A stretch of 64,000 nt of DNA from contig BCIN01000005.1 in NCBI GenBank assembly GCA_039545335.1, forward strand, positions 186,001-250,000, read 5' to 3'. Below are positions 40,692 through 53,309 of this stretch, in pieces; within the stretch, counting starts at the first letter, position 1, and every line of letters begins with the position of its first letter. The translations under genes were made by a program, and so were the position numbers. The DNA comes from Kondoa subrosea. Its lineage: Eukaryota. The notes beneath the pieces were generated by a model. That model had not been told where the DNA came from. It was given only the letters and a program-made list of their open reading frames with translations, and did no database searches.

Positions 40692-40969
40692 CTTAGAAAT
40701 GCACGTAGAGCAGACGATAGAGAAAGAAGAAGAAGAAGAGAAGCAAGAAGAGAAAATCAGAATTGCCTGCGTTGGAATATGAGCTAGTACCTGAAGCCAC
40801 GACGGATTAACAATGAACAACAATTTTTATCAAGGAATGTAATCTAAGCAAGGGAAGAATGACGCGCTTAGTGGGCATCTTCGGCCTATACTAATGACAT
40901 ACAGTAGTATTGTAGGCGTATATATGCAGGTTATACGCGTTCTTGGAATAATCGAATCCGTGACGGAAT

Positions 40970-41712
40970 CTACTTCTTGTATTTAGCCCTGCATAGCGCG
41001 ATTCAGATTCAGCAGTGGCCAGACGAGATGATTACACTTACATCTGGGCTCCCTTGTTCTCGTACCTACAGCTCGAATACCGACAGTGAGCAAAAGTTGG
41101 ATATCACGATGAAGTATGGCTCACCCGCACTTCTCGTAGAAACCTATACAGGTACATATCAGTACGCTGTCCTCTATGCTGTACAGAAGCCAGACTGACC
41201 AGTATTCTTGAGATCGCAATCCAGAATCGTCTTGTAGCAACCCAAACTTTCGCTCAATCCCGTCAAAACCGCAATGATCTTCTTGCCCAAACCGCTTCCT
41301 TGCAATGTCTTCGAGACGACTATATCCTCAATATGTCCACAGGTGCCCAGATTGCGCAGGAACTTTCGCTCCAAGATCAGGCTTCCATTGGCCAATAATA
41401 CGTCTGGCTTGTTTGCTGCGTGGATGACTAAGATGTAATAGGTATCTGGAGCTGATTGTAAGAGCTTGAAGCGTTCTTCGAAAGCTGAGGCTGATTGAGT
41501 AGGTGCTGAAGTCAAATCGCTCAATAGATCAAAGTAGCCTCGTTTGTGATCATCCAAAGCCAGAGGACGGATCTAGATGACATTCACGATGAGACAGTGA
41601 AGAGATGTCAGGGAGCAAGAGAGCTTGCAATGTAATCTGGGCCGAACATCGCGGTCAACTCGCTTGGGATCAGGGAGTCATCGAAGAGCAGTGTCAGATC
41701 GCTGGAAGACAT
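40970..41712 (-). CDS. GNA1: Glucosamine-6-phosphate N-acetyltransferase (left copy)
   Basis: MSSSDLTLLFD..DYI|IRPLALDDHKRGYFDLLSDLT, ERKFLRNLGTCGHIEDIVV, QGSGLGK, GCYKTILDC and |FYEKCG|..QMAKYKK. First intron is GC-AG. Confidence 0.95.
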
Positions 41713-42122
41713 GCTTAGGGTATCTTCACGCGGCTACTATGTACGGGCTGCTTCAGGCTTCGAGAAATGGTGGATGGATGGCAACATCAAGCCGAAGCGT
41801 CAGTAAATTTCAATGAAGCGAAGGTTTCGGACAGCAAGGGTAAATGGGCGAGCTAAGCCTATCGTTGAACAGCAGACTAAATACATAGCAGTAAAGATGA
41901 AAAGAGCGTTCCACCCTTCCAAAACAAATCGTCAAGGAGTCAACCTTGCAAATTGTGACTCGGTATTAGTCGATGGCATAAAATGGCAAACGCTACAAGA
42001 GCAAAAAGCAGTGATATATCAAGTCTAATAAAAGTCAGAATACTTCTAGAAACCCATTGACAAGAAATCTTCGCAGAGACATTTGCTGAGACCAGCTCGA
42101 AGCAACGAATGTCAAACCGCAA

Positions 42123-42990
42123 TCATAAGCCTTTGCACACGTTTATCATGTTGCCCGAGAAGTATGCAATCATGAGCCTGTGAAGTTGACCAAGTAAGCA
42201 AAGTGAGCTTTCCGAAAAACGCCGAAAAGCAACTCACTGGAGGAGGGCAGCGAAGAAGAGACTGAGGCCGAACAAGGATAAATAAGTAGAGAGATTCCAA
42301 CAAGAAGGATCGACTTGAATGACCGCTTGACTATTCTGATTGCAGGCGATAGACTGGCGAGCTTTCTCTTGTAGCCTGTCCAATTCCTTCCAGTCCGCTT
42401 GTGCAATTGCCAGCTCCTCTTCTCGCTCTTTCTCAACCAGATCCAACCATTTTTGACATTTCCAAGTTCAGCAATCACTTCCGGATTAACTTCATCCAAA
42501 TAGACATTGCGACCATTATCCTTGCGCAATCGTTCATTTTCCGCTTTCAGACTAGCATAAGCAGATTTGAGCTCCAACTTCTTCTTGCTCTTCTCGTACA
42601 GTTTCTTTGCAGCTTCTTCAATCACTTTCTCTTCCAAAACTTGCTTCTTAGCCAACTTCTTGTTTGCTGCTGATAACTTTGCTTCTAATTCCTTGACCTT
42701 CTTTCGTTCCTCTTTCAATTGATCCAAAGGCTGGCTGACCAAGATTTTCAGGTCAACTGGTTTAGGTTCTTTGGGCTTGAAAGCGACTTTAGAGAGGAAA
42801 GAGCGAGAAGAAGATGATTTGGCTGAATCAGGTGAACAAGGTGGGTTGACAGTGCCAGTGTCAGAAGAAGAAGAGCTACTCGAAGAGATGGAACCTGATC
42901 TTGCTTTTGAAGTTGAGAAAGCTATAGAAAAGGAATGAGCTATGGTCGTATGAGAATTGCGAGCAGAAACTTACGAGTAATATGAGTCAT
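42123..42990 (-). CDS. Orphan Ser-rich/coiled-coil/TM protein (cassette gene C, left copy), one apparent frameshift
   Basis: MTHITP|FSTSKARSGS...SFLSKVAFKPK, then a coiled coil. The frame shifts at an A5 run (42450-42454) into LDLVEKEREEELAIAQ...YLSLFGLSLFFAALL, followed by a GTGAGT..CAG intron. Confidence 0.6.
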
Positions 42991-43599
42991 GGCTGGTGCT
43001 ATAAGTGAAGAGAAATAGTAGAGAAGGTATATGAACAGGAAGAAGAGAGGTATGGGCTAAATTAAGTTTGAAGTGATTCCGAGCAAAATTGAGCCTGACC
43101 GTCAAACACGTAATTAGTCGCGACTACACTCGCGTAATGGACGAGCAACAAGAAATTAAAAGGATTGTCATCCTATGCAAGCAGGAGACTTCTTTGTAGG
43201 ATGGAAAGAGAGAGACATTCGAACAAACACAGACTGAACTTAGCGGAAAGGCAAAGAAGTCTTCTTATGGCTGATAGCGTCAACGAGGCGGCACAGTTGC
43301 GGGTACCAGAGCCTGACAGCTCTCGAAAGCCCAAATAGAGAACATCGCCGCGCGAAGGCAAAGCGAAAAATCCCAACTGCTGCAACTCAAGGTCGCTCCC
43401 AGACTGCCATGACCGATGCTGACAGGAGTCGTCTCGTCAAGACTGAATTCTCGCTATTGCAATGTCGTCACGGAACAAAAGCCACTGAACTTCTTCCGAA
43501 TGTGAATGGGTCCAAGCTCGCATGCTACCCTTCTGTTTTCTACTTTCCTTCTCTTCTCTATACCACTTTTCTTGCTATACCTTTTCATTCCTTACAAAC

Positions 43600-44490
43600 A
43601 TGCGCACGCAGGCCGTGCTAGCTGTTCTCACCCTTTCATTCATTCAAGCCGCAAAGATTCGCCCGAGCGCATGTGCTTTTCCTTCTGCTCTCTTTGACCG
43701 ATTGGCTGTAGAGACCCAATTCGATGTGCCAGAACAAGCTTTGGCTAGAACTCTAGCTATGGGTCTGGGGGATCAGATTTATCATTGTGAAGATGAGCGA
43801 TTTGTGTGAGAGCCTAATCAAAATCAGCTGTTTGTCAAGCTGAGTTGATTGCACAACACAGTCAATCCAGCTCGAACGCAGAACTCTTTGATCTATCCTG
43901 CTTGTCTCAAGGCAGACATAAGAGTCAGTGCTTTGCTTCCCACGATCACAATGCAGCTCTAACACAAGGGAACAGATCTAGATCGCTTGATGACCTCTTT
44001 TCGAGGATCTTTGCAATATCAAGATGTACTTGCAAAGCGCGGTCATTTCGCAACACCAGAAACTGCAGATCACGTACGTCTTATGCATTATGCACAGGTC
44101 CTGTTCATTCTCATGCTGACATACCGCATATAGATGTTCCGCCGTCTTACAAACGCTCAGCAAGCAAACAGATTAGGCACAGCTCATTTACCACCTGGCA
44201 ATTCAAACCATTCCATCTTCACTTTCACTTCTCCCGCTATTTCCCACGATCACACTTTCCTTGTCGCTGAAGAAGATTCAACTCTTCCATCACCACATGG
44301 AAGACATTTACCTTGGTCAGTGTTGAAAACCGATTGGACGGAATTTGGGCACAGCAGTGTGATTCGATGGCAAACTGCTGGCGGATTACCATTGGCTCGT
44401 AGATGTAGCGAAGGGGAAGTGACGAAAAGACCTTTTGCTGCGGTATATGCTTTCTTGGATATACCGTATCAGTATACCTTCTTAGATTGA
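43600..44490 (+). CDS. Secreted DUF3455-like protein
   Basis: Signal-peptide-like MRTQAVLAVLTLSFIQA; motifs AMGLGDQIYHC, AELFDLSCL, LPWSVLK, VIRWQTAGGLP...C and FAAVYAF resemble fungal DUF3455 proteins. Confidence 0.7.
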
Positions 44491-44643
44491 AAGGTCATGG
44501 ACAATTTGTGGATATTTGAAAAGAGGGGAAAATAATCGTTCTTTATTTATACATAGCATTGAAATATACCGTACATAGATCCCATTTACTTCCTTTGGCG
44601 ACTTGCTTGGTCAACATCTTTATCTCTGGGGCTCTGATCGCAT

Positions 44644-46016
44644 TCAGGCGGATTTTCTATAAGCTAGACCAGGACTAGCTTGGCTAGAGTAGTCATCAGC
44701 TCCTGTATGCCCGTCGATGTCAAGATCGGCTTACTTAACGGGCATAACCCAGCCTATTGATGAGTAATTAGCTTCAATCAATGCCGGCGAAGTTGATACG
44801 TACATTCTGCAATATTGACATGAGCAGGCCTTGAAGCGATCCATAATACTTCTTCGGCAATATCACTGTTCATCGATACGCATTGATACTCGACAAACGA
44901 GACCAAAGCTTTATCGACGCACTCTCCAGTCAATGGCTCTATCCCTGAACAATACAGTGAGCTTCCGTAAATCATATAGTCTGACGAGAAACTTACCTTC
45001 ATACACTTTTTTGGCTTTATCTTTATCGCCTCTCATGCGAATGATTGAAAACCTGGTAAAACTCGCTGTCAATCTTGCTTCAATATGATTGAACAGGGAC
45101 ATACTCGGTCTCTACCATTCCAGGCTGCACTTCTGAAACTCGGATTTGAGTATCATACAACTCTTTCATAAGGGAATTGGTGAAAGCTCGAACAGCCGCT
45201 TTGGCTGCGCAATAGATTGATCCACCGGGGTAGGATTCTCGACCTGCTATTGAACCGATATTGATAATGTGACCTGAGTTCTTCTTTTGCATGATGGGTA
45301 GAACTAGTTGTCTGTGCACAAAAGATTGAATGGATAGGGCTGTGATGAGCAGGGAAACACGAACGTCATTTGCATTAGCGATTTGACGTTTAAGTCGAGC
45401 ATAGCTGTATGGAGAGAGATGAGCTAGAAAGAAGCTGTAGTGTAAGATGACTGACTGTCAATGTCTCCCATATCAATCGTCCCAACTTTTTCTGTGCCAG
45501 TCGCGCCTCCAGCATTGTTGACCAGACAATCGACTACGGAAAGTGTCAGTATATCAAAACAAGCAAAGGGGAAATAAGCTTACTATCTCTGAGCTCTTCT
45601 GGGATCTTGTCCATAAGTGAAGCGACGGATTGGCGATCCAGGACATCCATTACTACGCTAGCGTACTTTCCATTTGGATTAGCAGCTTTGCATTGCTCCA
45701 GAACTTCTTTCAGTCTGTCTTCACGACGAGCGAGAAGGATGACATTGGCTTGTGACTATCATAGCACAACACATAAACGCGGATAACAGTTGAGAGAAGA
45801 AGAGCGTTACTTTGGCGAAGAGTATAGCAGTAGCAGCGCCGATGCCTTTGGAGAGGTAATGAGAACGAAGTATGGCACACGACATGAAGAAGACAAGAAA
45901 CCTGAAGAGGCTCCGGTCACGAGCGCTGTTTTGCCTTGCAGACGAGGAAAAGAGATAGAACTGGAAGACATGCTGCGTAAAGTGTTAGTAGAAGCTCGAA
46001 GTGGCAGTCGAAGCAT
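44644..46016 (-). CDS. Short-chain dehydrogenase/reductase, YMR226C/YdfG-like 3-hydroxy acid dehydrogenase
   Basis: [43 protein letters not shown] (YxxxK), [29 protein letters not shown] and [13 protein letters not shown]. Confidence 0.9.
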
Positions 46017-46142
46017 AAGCTGGGAAGTCCAAATATGGCTTGATCCAACTCAACGAGGCTCGATACTCCTCAAGGAGCTGGAATATACACAGCAGCAGCG
46101 TCTCAGTTGCCTTATACCTCGTATTCAATCAGTGAAGCATCA

Positions 46143-47861
46143 ATGTCGCTGACTGAAGCGCAAATCAACATACATCTGTTATTGGACAGACTCTCGAATG
46201 CCCTGCCTGCTCGGACTATACACTTTAAAGATGTAGCATGGCGTTATTTCAAGGTCAGTAGCCTTCAAACCGCTGCTCTCCGCGACTCACCGGCCGCATG
46301 AAGGCTTCGCATCAAAACGATCCTATTCGAACAATTCTGGAACTTCTGCTTCTTTTCTTCGTCTTACGTACTTGGACTCAATCTCGAACTCGTTCAGAAG
46401 CATCAGGTCGAAATTTCGTCAAGTTATCAGAGAAAGAAATCGATGAGCTAGTCAATGAATGGCAGCCTGAAGCTCTAGCACCCTCTCTTACACCGCAAGA
46501 AGCCAGACATAACCCTCCTGTTCTAGTCGGTACCCCTTCCTTACACTCAAAAGTCCTTTTACCCGGAAAAGATAACACCGAAATAGAGAAATCAGTCATC
46601 AACCTCGCGAGCACCAATTTTTCCGGTTTAGCGGGCAATGAGCGTATCAAGGAGAAAGCAATAGAGTGTGTGAAAGGTTACGGTGTAGGATCATGCGGTC
46701 CACCTGGGTTTTACGGAACAATGGACGTACATCTCACTTTGGAAAGATCTCTGGCCGAATTTTTAGGAACCGAAGCTGCGATCCTTTACGCTCAAGCTTT
46801 TTCAACTGTGTCAAGTGTTATACCTGCTTTTGCTAAACGAGGCGATATCATCGTTGCGGATCGAGGTGTCAATTTCGCTATCCAGAAAGGAATTCAAATC
46901 AGTCGATGTGATGTGAGATGGTATGCTCACAACGATATGGATGATCTGGAAAGAGTGTTGAAACAAGTGGACGATGAATATCGAAAGAAGAGAAAACCCT
47001 TAACTAGAAGATTCATTGTTGCAGAAGGGTTGTATGAATTGGATGGACAAGTTGTTGATTTGCCTGCAGTCATTGAACTCAAACACAAGTACAAGTTCAG
47101 ACTCATCTTGGACGAAACTTGGTCTTTCGGTGTGCTAGGTCCAAGCGGGAGAGGCATTACCGAGCTGTTTGATATTCCTGTAAGTGCCCCACTCGATGAA
47201 ACAGACTTTTCTAAAGCGCAACATAGGGTCATGAAATTGATGCAATCATTGGCTCCATGGCTATTGGCTTGTGCTCATCAGGCGGCTTTTGTGCAGGCTC
47301 GATAGAGATAGTACACCATCAGGTAGGTGATGGATGCGACGCGGTCAGTTTCGCTCTGATATCTTAGTCGTTTTTTGCCCACAGCGCATCAATTCACCTG
47401 CCTATGTCTTCTCTGCGTCACTTCCTCCTCTCCTAGCAGTCTCAGCAACAGAGGCCCTATACTACCTTGCTTGTCCGACCGAGTCAGGATCTGTTTTACC
47501 TCTTCAAGCTTTAGCAGACAACGTCATGACAGTGCGAACAGTTCTGGATAAGATTGCCTCCATCGAAATACCTTCCGACCCGCTATCTCCCTTGGTTCAC
47601 ATTCTTATAGCTCCGTCTTCTTCTTCTGGTCTGGCACTAGCAAGAGAAGAGCAAGAGAAACTCTTACAAGACGTAGTCGATGAAGCTTTGCAGAACGGAG
47701 TGCTAGTCACCAGAGTTGCAAGAGTTTGGGAGCAAGAAATGATTGAAGCGAGACCGAGTATAAGATTATGCCTGAGTGCTGGCTTGACTAAGAAGGAATG
47801 CGAAAAGGCGGCTAGTACCTTGAAGAACGCGTTGATCAAGGTATTAGGCAAGAAGAGGTGA
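46143..47861 (+). CDS. LCB1: Serine palmitoyltransferase subunit 1
   Basis: SHQNDPIRTILE, EIDELVNEWQPE, YGVGSCGPPGFYGTMDVH, AFAKRGD, and GSMAIGLCSSGGFCAGS lacking the PLP lysine, as expected for Lcb1. Confidence 0.95.
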
Positions 47862-48206
47862 AATATTAGGATCTTCTTGCAATATCTTTGGTACTAATTC
47901 TTGCTAGATTGTAATGTGTAATACTAGATGCTTAAGCTATACACAATACCTAGATTGCTATCACCCGATAGTTGCTTCCCACCGGTGGCATGCCCCAGTT
48001 TCTGCGGTCGCGGGCTAACTTAGATTGTCAGCTGAACAGCAATTCGCTAGAAATAGCTGCTACGTGCAGTGCGTGGTGCTTCGGCTTGCTTATCAGGTTT
48101 CTCGCTTTCTTCTCCTGCTTCTCTACCATACTGCTTTCAAGCTTCTTCCCCGAACGTTAACTGGGTTGAATTCGTCAAGTGTCTACTGTTTCTTCTTGCC
48201 TGAGCT

Positions 48207-50494
48207 ATGGCGGACTTCGACATCAAGCTTCTCGCTGTAGTTCTAGCAATATCTACATTCGTTTTACTCAAGTTGCTCAAGCCAGACAACCGTTATAATG
48301 CTCTACCGCCAGGCCCAAAGGTGTGGCTCAATTAGCTGTATCGTTATTGAGACCTCAATTGGCATCAATGCAGCCGCATTGGTTGACTGGAAATCACGTA
48401 CCGCGGCCGTATAGCTGGCAGACTTTCGAGCAGTGGACTCAGTACGTTGTCTTCTTTTCTGGCTTTCCGCTGCCTCAATGCTGTGCTTCAGGCAATATGG
48501 CGATGTCTGTACGTTTTGGCAAGGCCGCAAGCCAATAGGTGTGTCTATTTTGGTGGCGCTTGTCTGTCTGTTCACATTATACAGTGTTGGTTGGGACTTA
48601 TCGTGCTGCCAACGATATTCTGGAAAAGATGTCTGGTATTACTTCAGATAGACCGCGTAGCGTTGTCGCTGGCGAGACCATTTCTGGTATGTCCTATCGT
48701 ATCTTTCGCGCGTCCATCTTTACAGTACTCAGGTGGAATGCGCACTCTTCTCATTGGCTACAACGATCGCTGGAGGAAGATCAGAAAGTCTGTTTCATAC
48801 TTATGTCTGCACTCCTTTGTTAACATCATGATAGAGTGCTACATACTGCCTTGCAACCGAAAGCGTCCGAATCGTATCAGCCCATACAAGGACGTGCAAC
48901 CAATACTTTATTGCTTGATTTGCTCGAAGATCCGGCTAATCATTGTCAGCATACTAGAACGTGAGTATTACCTGTCTAATTTTTGCGGTGTTCTCATGCG
49001 AAACACAATCGCAGGTATGCTGGTAAGTCCCTTGCTTTCGCTGTCAAGCCTTTGCTGATCACCAACCCCAAATGTAGCCGGCGTAATCATGACTATTACC
49101 TGTAAAAGTCTTCCCACAAGCCGTACTTCAAGCTCATCAATTTCTAGATGGCAAAACGACACCGACTCGCTACCATGATCCAGATGTACAATTGGTCAAC
49201 AAGTAAGCTGTCCACCACAGTCAAGCATTATCGTTCTCATGCTCCCCATCAGATATGCAGAGGTTCTGGGTCGTTGGGCTGCGCAAACCTCACATCCAGC
49301 AAATTCCTGGCCTTTCATTCGCTATATTCCAGGGGTCATGAACAAATTCAAGCGGATGCACGCCAATGAGCTGCATCTATTTGAATCTCAGATGCAGAAA
49401 GTTCGGGATAAGGTCAAGGTTTGTTCCGCGCTGTGCAAAATGTCAACTATATAACCTCAAGCGCCAGAATCAAGAACCGATTGAACCTTGTTTCGGCACT
49501 TTCTTGACTGAGCATCAGAAGGGTAAGCGCAATTACATCCGCTAAGCTCAAACTCATGTTTCGCTACAGAATACGGACTTTCGAACCCTGAAGCGGCTTA
49601 TATAGGCGGTTCTATGTATGGAGCCGGAAGCGAGACTTCAGCTTCCGCCATTTCTATTGGTATGATGGCAGCGGCAGTCTTTCCTGAAGTACAATGCAAA
49701 GCGCAAGCAGAGCTAGAAAGAGTCGTTGGCCGTGGTCGACAACCAAGTTGGGATGACCTGCAAGATCTGCCTTACTTGCAAGCTTACGTGAAAGAGGTCT
49801 TTCGTTGGCATCCGGTCAGCACAGGAGGATTCGCACATGCTTGCACGGAAGATTTCCAATATGTATTTGCTTTTGCAATCGCTCCAGGCAGGCAGCTGAT
49901 GACGCTGCCGCCAGAATGGATACCTGATACCTAAGGGAGTTACTCTTATCGGGAACCATTGGTAGGTGCATGACCATCGGGAAACAGGATCTTCTCTGAA
50001 TCCGCGACTAGGTCTATCCACCGAGATCCAGCTGTGTTCCCAGAACCAGACGAATTCCGACCAGAGCGGTGGCTCAAGAGTAATGATGATGGTGCATATG
50101 AACTCAAATCAGACAAAGAGCTCAGGCATTTTACATACGGTTCGTGAACGCTCCTGATGCTCCTCTCTTTGCTCATGTCATGCAATCGACAGGCTTCGGT
50201 AGAAGAGCTTGTCCAGGTAGCTATATACCATCTGACATGTCAACGCCTCTCGCTGACGATGTATCAGGGCAACATATTGCCTCCAATTCACTGCGTATTA
50301 CTTTGGCCAACATACTTTGGGCTTTCGACCTTAGCGAGAAGCTCGATGCATCTGGCAAACCAATGAAGATCGATACGCACCGCTTCACTGATACTGCAAA
50401 TTCTTTCCCTCTGCCCTTTGACCTAGATATCAAACCTAGGTTTGCCGGGGTTGAGCAGATCATTAGGCAGATACAAAGTAAAGAGGTAATCTGA
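48207..50494 (+). CDS. Cytochrome P450 monooxygenase (microsomal)
   Basis: N-terminal TM and LPPGPK, I-helix AGSETS, EVFR (ExxR), FRPERW, and heme motif FTYG|FGRRACPG|QH across many small exons. Confidence 0.93.
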
Positions 50495-51495
50495 TATGTA
50501 CTACTATTGCAATGTCTCCTGCTACTAATGTTATACATGCTCTACACCAATGGAACCAAACATTGCTGAACTCGCGGCACTATCCATTGAGAAGGCAGTG
50601 CAGCATAAACTGTTTAGGAGCATGAGCTTCGTTCTCATACAGGAGATGCGAAACGCTTACTCAGGAAGAGGCACATCAAGCGAGACCAACGTCCCCCTTC
50701 TTGCACCTTTCATGCCCGATAAAACTCAATTTAGGCTCCCCTTTGCTCTTTATCTATCCTGCATTGCTCTTTCTGCATTTCCTTTTGTTCGTTCTGAGCT
50801 TTCTTCTGTGCCTCTTGGGTTTCCTTCATGCACTTTCTGATATGGTTGATCAACTTCCTTTCTGATCGACGATGTTGAATAGCTTGGATGAAGCCCACAG
50901 GCCGCTCTATGAGTTTATGATTAGCTATTGTCGATATTGACAGACGTTAAGGCATGCTCTCACGAGAATCTTTGGTATATTCATGGTGCGAAAGAATGAT
51001 ACCAGGCATACATTGCGCGCTTCGATTTGACGGAAAAGATGCAGGATGAGGAAGAGAACGAGAGGGAATGGCTTGAGTCAAGAGGTTTGCTGAATTTGCT
51101 CAAAGGAGAATGCCCATTCGGGCAATGCAATTCAGACTAGTAGCAGATGCGAAGAGCTAGACGCGCATGTGCACGACCGAGACAGAGAGAGTACGGAAGA
51201 GTTCTGCTGTGCAGAAGCACAGGCAACAGGCGAGTAGATTCGCGTATGAATAGACAAGGTGAGATGCTGATGCAGACGAGAATATATATAAGACGCCTGC
51301 CGAATGTCACAAAAAGGTTTTGTAGCTATCCACGGATGCATGAAGGAGTAATCAAGAGCCTTGTTGCTTGTTGGCCGACTCCGGTCAAGCAAGTCGTTTT
51401 TTGACATTTTATGTTTCTGCACTTAGCGGCCAACTCGCTAGATATCTGTGCTTCTTTGATACCTGGGCCTGCTCTATTACCCTCTCTCTTGCTAA

Positions 51496-52815
51496 ATGGA
51501 CATAGATGAGAAGCCTGATATTGCTGATCCTTCGACTTCCAAGCCTGATGCTGAAGTGCCGAAACCGAGTGGATCCAGGCTATTCAACCCTCCAGACGAT
51601 GATGATGATGAGATTATGAGCACTGCTGCTAGTTCTACAGCAAAAGAGAAAGCAAAGGAAATCGAGGAACCGGAGCCTTACAATGAAGAGGATGATTGGA
51701 CAGACAGCGACTGTGACCCTGATCCAGTCATAGCCGTACGCTGAACTCTCTTATGTCCTCCTAATCGGGCTCAAATATATATTGTGTAGAGGTTTCCTGT
51801 TCACTACTCTACAAATCTAGGCGACTCGTTGATTCTATTACAATACCCTCATCGAAAACCAATGCGAGGCGAGAAACATCCTTTACATATGCCTTCTCAA
51901 CGACCACCACACGAAGGGCTGCAACCCGATATCCCAATCCTGGCACGAACGAAACCTACAGTCAATCGCTTGCAATTGTCTATTCCGCTAGAAACGGAAC
52001 AAGGGAGACAACATCAAGGCCGATTTGATCAATTGTTAGCTGAGAGGTTCAGAAAGGGTGTGCAAGCTGGTGATCTAGGTAGCGAGAAAGAAGATAAGTC
52101 TGGTGGGAAGGCGAAAAAGAACATGGATTGGGAAGATGAAGATGGGGAACCTCATAAACCTTTGAGTAGGATAACGTTGAAAGGAGATGTGGTGCCCGAT
52201 CAGACGAATTACTGCGTGGGGTATTTCAAAGATGGTTCGTCCTACTTTCAGCGATGTCAATGTGACATGTGTTGAAGGGTGGTATGAACAGGTCATTTGC
52301 ATCTTGCACCTCTTTCGACTGTCATCCAAATGCGACCTGATCTTACTTATCTTGATCGAATTTCAGCAATGGAAAGAAGGGACAATGCAGCTCGCAAGAA
52401 CGGAACCGCGGGTGGTAACGATGAAGAGGAAGAAGAAGAAGAGGAAGAGATGGACGAAGAGAAGAAGAGGAAAGCAGAAGTTGCTAAATCGAAAGCCAAA
52501 GCAAGCGAAGCTAGAACGCTAAACGTTACTTACAAGAACACGGAAGAGAAATTTGGCTCGCTCAAAGGGGCTGCTACTGGTAGACAAGACGGTTCGCTCT
52601 TTGCACCATGGCGAGCTGAAGAAGCAGAGCCGTGGCTGCCGTTGAAGCACTTTGCACCGAACGTGAGCGGATTTTGATGTCCGTCAAAATCATCAGACTC
52701 ATGTCTCTTTCATTTGTAGACTCAAGAATCTATGCATCTTCGCAATCTACTCATTGGTAGCGAAAACGATCTGTCCTTCGATATGCGACCAGCAGATCAT
52801 CTAGGATCACTATGA
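51496..52815 (+). CDS. RPC37: RNA polymerase III subunit Rpc37/RPC5 (Sin-like domain)
   Basis: DPDPVIA|RFPVHYS..LILLQYP, ARTKP..LQLSIPL, TNYCVGYFKDG|HLHLAPLSTVIQMRPDLTYLD and EEAEPWLPL. Confidence 0.88.
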
Positions 52816-53309
52816 AAGCCTAGCAACTGAAGCAAACACTACTTATCATATCAACTCATATATCTCTTCTCATCCGATTCACTACACATATACCAGACCA
52901 TGGGCCTCCTTTCCGCAAATCAATAGCTACTTTGGCCTACGCTTGCGGTGAGCGCGTCGAGTCTCGGGATCAACAAGACAAGGGCTCAAAGGGACTTGTA
53001 TTGCAGACTTCAGATACGCTTTGTAGACGCGGCTGTTCGGACATATTTAGCAACCAAATTGATCGGAGAAAAAAAAGTCAACAAGCTTTTGACGAAAGGC
53101 CGCCCTGTGTTTTTTTCTTGCCTTATCCAGCCAAACACCAAGCTCCCTTACACAAGAAACTAGTCACTTGCATCAGCCAAAGACTCTAAGATCCTTCTCA
53201 TTGATCTTCGCGCAAGCACCTTCATTAGAAGATTCCAAAATACAACACAAGAAATACCTTGTTATGCCTTTTCGCTGTTGACCGTTGGATTACACTGGCT
53301 AGGTGAAGG

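Larger units (their letters stand above)
38506..41725 (-). repeat. Left arm of a large inverted repeat (~3.2 kb), partner 58242-61464
   Basis: Reverse-complement matches seen throughout, e.g. catgcttagggtatct (41710-41725) vs agataccctaagcatg (58242-58257) and tgaaggtatc (38506) vs gataccttca (61455-61464). Includes coding and intergenic DNA. Confidence 0.97.

Noticed and set aside
52420..52470. (GAA)n and (TTC)n runs here and at 13862, 40585, 40720, 56175 and 59367
   Set aside because: Ordinary poly-Glu or poly-Ser codons and pyrimidine-rich 5' regions.
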